Assembly (NCBI GenBank): GCA_004764695.1
Contig: SMSO01000035.1
Coordinates: 4,290,040-4,354,039 of the forward strand
DNA: 64,000 bases
Direction: 5' to 3'
Source of the DNA: Schizochytrium sp. TIO01
Lineage: Eukaryota; Protista; Bigyra: Labyrinthulomycetes
A program made the translations under genes and the position numbers. A model generated the notes under the pieces. That model was not told the origin of the DNA, ran no database searches, and was given only the letters and a program-made list of their open reading frames with translations. Positions within the stretch are counted from its first letter, which is position 1. Every line of letters begins with the position of its first letter. This document shows positions 60,096 through 64,000 of the stretch, piece by piece.

Positions 60096-60885
60096 CCTAA
60101 GCCTGAGAAACCTTTCTGACGCAAAAATAGGTGATAGCTGCATCTACCCAAAAACAAAAGAGGAGAAATGAGGTACCATCCAAATCATGAAACAGGGTAT
60201 ATGGCTGGTCGGACTATGGCAAAACAAGCGCATATTCTCAACAACTCTTGTGTTTGACTGGCAAAACCAAAGCAAAATACAAGCACAGCATTATTGGATC
60301 TGACTCTCAGGAAAGAACATGTGCAGATTTTGTGGTGGATGAATAGAATGTTGACAACTACTTTCTCTGGTACTTTGATTCAGGATTTGCGTCAAATAAG
60401 ATATTTAAACATGCTCCATTTGAGCCAAATACAAGGGTGGAATATCTTAAATGTGGATTTGAGAGAATTTAGCATTACTGAATCCATGCAAAATAAACAA
60501 ACAACGCCCTGGAACAAAGATATGCTATCAGGTTTTGTGTCCTCGAAGTTGCTAATTTACTATTTTGCGGCTCTCAAACTACATGGCGGCTCTCCAATTC
60601 GATACAATGATCACTATTCACTTTTATCAAAAACCTAGGCGTTGTTTCCTTTTTTAAAACAATCCGTTAAAATTTAACATCATCGCATTCGCTTCAAGAA
60701 ATTATCGAACTACTGCCTCCTATGACCTATAACCATCGCAAATTTATTCATTTAATCACTACCCATATACAGTTCTTTAAATCACTTCCTATGTTTTAGT
60801 TTAGGCTAGTGACAACAAGGGCCATTATCTATCAGAAGACCTTTTTACTAGTTCTGAGCTCGCGACATAGGCTGCCTCCTTCACA

Positions 60886-63159
60886 TCACGCTTGAAAGCG
60901 CCCAGTCCGCAAAGAATGTAAAGCATCTGCAAGCTTATGCACCATTTGCTCCAAGCTTTGCACTTCTTTTGATGCTGTTTTTACCTTTCCATCGAGTTTA
61001 GCCTTTGCTTTAGAAAAGTGCAATAGATGCTTGATAAGTGCATTTATTTGGTTTCCATCAGCCTTTTCGTTAGCACGTTCAAGCTCACATGATATAATTT
61101 CTTTTGCCATGTCTTGCGACTCGTCAGCATCCAATGCACGAAAATGGCAGACAGTCTCGCCAACTTTCGTTCGTAAGACTGGAGCATCGGGATTTTGGTC
61201 TGCAAAACTAGGTTCCTCCGAAATAAGTTTGCTTTTTACAGCTGATTCAGGCGCTCTCGGGTTCAGCTCTCTGGTTCTCTTTAGCATGTCAGCAAAACGG
61301 TGAACCTTGAGATTGATTTTTGGTACTAAAATGCTGTCACTATCTTTGGATGTCCAATTTGACGAATCTTCAGAACTTTTTAACTGTGCAGCCCCTGTTC
61401 TGGTGGAGCTTTTATCGTCTGATAATTGTTGATGCTCAATCGCCCGCTTTTCAAGCTTAGCTTTGACTTCCTCTGCAGATTCTGAAGTATTTGATGGTGA
61501 AGATTCCCTCAACACATCTAGCTCGCTTTCAGGACGCGTTGGGACATGTGAAGTCAAAGCTAAGTCTTTAAGATCATCATTCTTTTCGAGATCATCACGG
61601 CTCAGCGGCTTTACAGGAGCACTATTCCAGTGCGTAGACGTTTCATTTGCCACACCAAATTCTGCTCGAATTGAAGAAAAAAAACGTGACTCCATGGTAC
61701 GTGACAATTGTCTACAAGTAATGCCCTTGGCTTGGTGCAAAACAACCTGCTCCAGCCCTGCCATCGATGATTTATCGAGAAGCTGTTCTCGCAGTAAAAG
61801 CAGAATGCAGCACGCAATTCGAAGTGCAAGACGGTCAAAACCAACAATAAGGCACTGATCCCAGACAAACAAGCAGCTTTCCATTTGCAAAGTTCCTACA
61901 AACAAATTGTTTAGAGGATCTGCAAAGAGAGTGAGTAGTCTACTTTGAGGACTCTGATGCTGGAATCCGAGTCGTGAAGGCTCGTCTGTATCATCTGAGT
62001 CTATATGTTTCTGAATGACCTCCATGAGGTGCTCGTGCAACTGGTTGTCTACTGTTCTCAGAAGCTTTGCCAATTCGTCGGAATATTTGACGCGTCGCAG
62101 ACTATCTTGTACATCCATTGGCCCGGTGCTTACCTGAATCTTAGGAAGTCTTGTCAATGCGTGCATCGCTTCAACCACTCGAGGTAAATCGTTGTATGAC
62201 TTTGCAAACACAACTAAGATAGGAATCAACCAATAGAAATGAGCTTTATCAATATCTCCGAAAGCTGTTGCACGGTATGACAAAACAGTCTTGCCAAGCA
62301 TAATAAGTGAACTACTGTCAACTATCTCAGGAAATTCCTTCTCGAAGATCTCCTGGCAGCGTTCTGTCACTTCTGTATCTGTCGACGCAATAGTTGCCAT
62401 ACGACGAGCATTGACTCTATTCCGAAACGCTTTAAGTGCCTCTGCATCTTGTAGATATAACTCCCACACTTGCTCTCGAAGTGTGTCCGGAAGCTGACGA
62501 TTCATAAGCATTCGAATTGCTGCTACTTTGCTTGGCATCTTATTTAACATGCGGTTTACCCCATGCGAGGCGAGCTCCACGATGGCCTCTGCAGAGGAGA
62601 ATTTCTCAGTTAAATTTGCAGGTCGGCGCGAGAGCTGTTTCAGCAGGCCGTCCTCAACCTTTTCTGAGAGAACCTTCTCAAAGTTTCGATATACTGATCC
62701 TTCGCTTAGGCTTTCCTCAATATCGTCTAGCATTAGCATTTTCTCGTCTTCTGAAAGGTCACCGAAATAAACAACAGTGTGCTTTTCAAGAGAACGTTGA
62801 ACATGCTGATAAATCTGTCTTGTCAGAGTTTGCCACTCTGTAGATGCATTCGCCTCTTGACGTACATCGTCAAGCCAACTCGTATCTTGAGTTGACCAAA
62901 TATCACGATGGCGGAAACCATCTCGATGCTTTCCAGTAGATGGCGACTGGGGCGACTGGGGGCTAGAAATTGCACCATCATCTTGCTCAAGAAGCCATTT
63001 GGAGGTCGCCTTTGCAATCGCTGATGCCTCTTGGCTAAGGTGCAGAGACGATGTTGAATGTGAGATGTTTAGCCCACTTGAACGGTCCTGCCAAGATGAC
63101 GATACAAGAGAGGGTTCGCCCAGGCGCGGGGGCTTCTCAAAAACCTTTGCCCCAATCAT
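60886..63159 (-). CDS. Degenerate Rab-GAP TBC-like domain protein
   Basis: LPDTLREQVWELYL (TBC motif A-like), LLRTVDNQLHEHL and LFVGTLQMESCLFVWDQCLIVGFDRLALRIACCILLLLREQLL (TBC C-terminal subdomain). 757-aa ATG ORF. Confidence 0.75.
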   Translation of the reverse strand: MIGAKVFEKPPRLGEPSLVSSSWQDRSSGLNISHSTSSLHLSQEASAIAKATSKWLLEQDDGAISSPQSPQSPSTGKHRDGFRHRDIWSTQDTSWLDDVRQEANASTEWQTLTRQIYQHVQRSLEKHTVVYFGDLSEDEKMLMLDDIEESLSEGSVYRNFEKVLSEKVEDGLLKQLSRRPANLTEKFSSAEAIVELASHGVNRMLNKMPSKVAAIRMLMNRQLPDTLREQVWELYLQDAEALKAFRNRVNARRMATIASTDTEVTERCQEIFEKEFPEIVDSSSLIMLGKTVLSYRATAFGDIDKAHFYWLIPILVVFAKSYNDLPRVVEAMHALTRLPKIQVSTGPMDVQDSLRRVKYSDELAKLLRTVDNQLHEHLMEVIQKHIDSDDTDEPSRLGFQHQSPQSRLLTLFADPLNNLFVGTLQMESCLFVWDQCLIVGFDRLALRIACCILLLLREQLLDKSSMAGLEQVVLHQAKGITCRQLSRTMESRFFSSIRAEFGVANETSTHWNSAPVKPLSRDDLEKNDDLKDLALTSHVPTRPESELDVLRESSPSNTSESAEEVKAKLEKRAIEHQQLSDDKSSTRTGAAQLKSSEDSSNWTSKDSDSILVPKINLKVHRFADMLKRTRELNPRAPESAVKSKLISEEPSFADQNPDAPVLRTKVGETVCHFRALDADESQDMAKEIISCELERANEKADGNQINALIKHLLHFSKAKAKLDGKVKTASKEVQSLEQMVHKLADALHSLRTGRFQA

Positions 63160-64000
63160 GACAAGGGTCTATGTCAACGAAATTAAATTAAGTGAGTATT
63201 TGAGATATCGCAGAGCTTGCAAAGCCCAACCCCACAAAAAGTGATTTCTATGTAACAATATACAAACAAGCAGACTCAAAGAGACCAGTAACCCAGGAAA
63301 AGACAAACCTCTTGAAGACAGAGATAAATCAACGAGGTCGGTTTACACCACGCCCCTTGCGTCTATTCCAAGACAAAGAAGGATGTGGTTTGTAGTGGCC
63401 TCAGTGCTTCTTTGCGCCAGCGAATCAGATTGGGCTCTGCCGAAAATGTTCGGAGCCCATTAGTACTATATAGCATTCTTAATTTTTTTTTCTTTTTATT
63501 ATTTGACCGGTGCGAACTTTCAGAACATTTAGAACGTGTGGTGACTTGGTTCTTTCAGGTAATTTGGTGCCCCTATGGAAAGGTAAGCGAGTTGGACCAA
63601 AGCATAATCGTCAATTGTTTCAATTTTTTTTAATCAAGATCACCAATAGATCTGCGCTAGCTTCTACAAATAATCACTGGCTTCTTATAAGACCCCAAGA
63701 CATCAAAACTCACAACCTCTCGCTCGAGTTGAGCTTAAGAAGATATCTCAAGTGAGTGTACTAAGCACTTTATTGCTGAGTACTTCTTTGAGGGAGGAAA
63801 GCTCTTCGAAATGACTATTTAATAATATATGAGGAAGTTGCACTTATCTTAATATCTTCTTCTTATTCAACCCATTACAGCATTAAGTAAAGCATGGACC
63901 TACAGTGGAGTAAAATAGAACGGCCAGGTGTTCCTCTGAGAAGTTATACAAATATACGACTTTCTATTTAAACTTGAATTAGATCCGCTTAGACATTACC

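Noticed and set aside
59912-60157. Poly-Cys ORF on the minus strand
   Set aside because: It is the antisense reading of the NF-YC CAG/CAA tract.

Overview
Intron-poor eukaryotic genomic DNA, probably a stramenopile protist such as a thraustochytrid. That assignment is an inference from long single-exon genes, AT-rich microsatellite-laden spacers and flagellar genes. I can support 13 protein-coding genes: a PARP-domain protein, a RasGAP, an acidic two-TM protein, RIB43A, FAM184-like, a bacterial-type PARG (TIGR02452/DUF2263), an AlkB alkane 1-monooxygenase, an orphan protein, a Tctex-1 dynein light chain, a TMC channel, THADA/Trm732, a coiled-coil protein and NF-YC. A 14th is a degenerate TBC-domain protein. 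There is also a 258-bp tandem array and a ~15-kb stretch without a recognisable gene. The standout is THADA/Trm732, the tRNA position-32 2'-O-methylation cofactor. It carries an intact Rib2/DRAP-type zinc deaminase domain (HAE...PCx9C) inserted in-frame just before DUF2428, which suggests a possible tRNA C32 editing/modification fusion. All family assignments come from motif recognition by eye, not database searches. No tRNA, rRNA, CRISPR array or intact mobile element was found.
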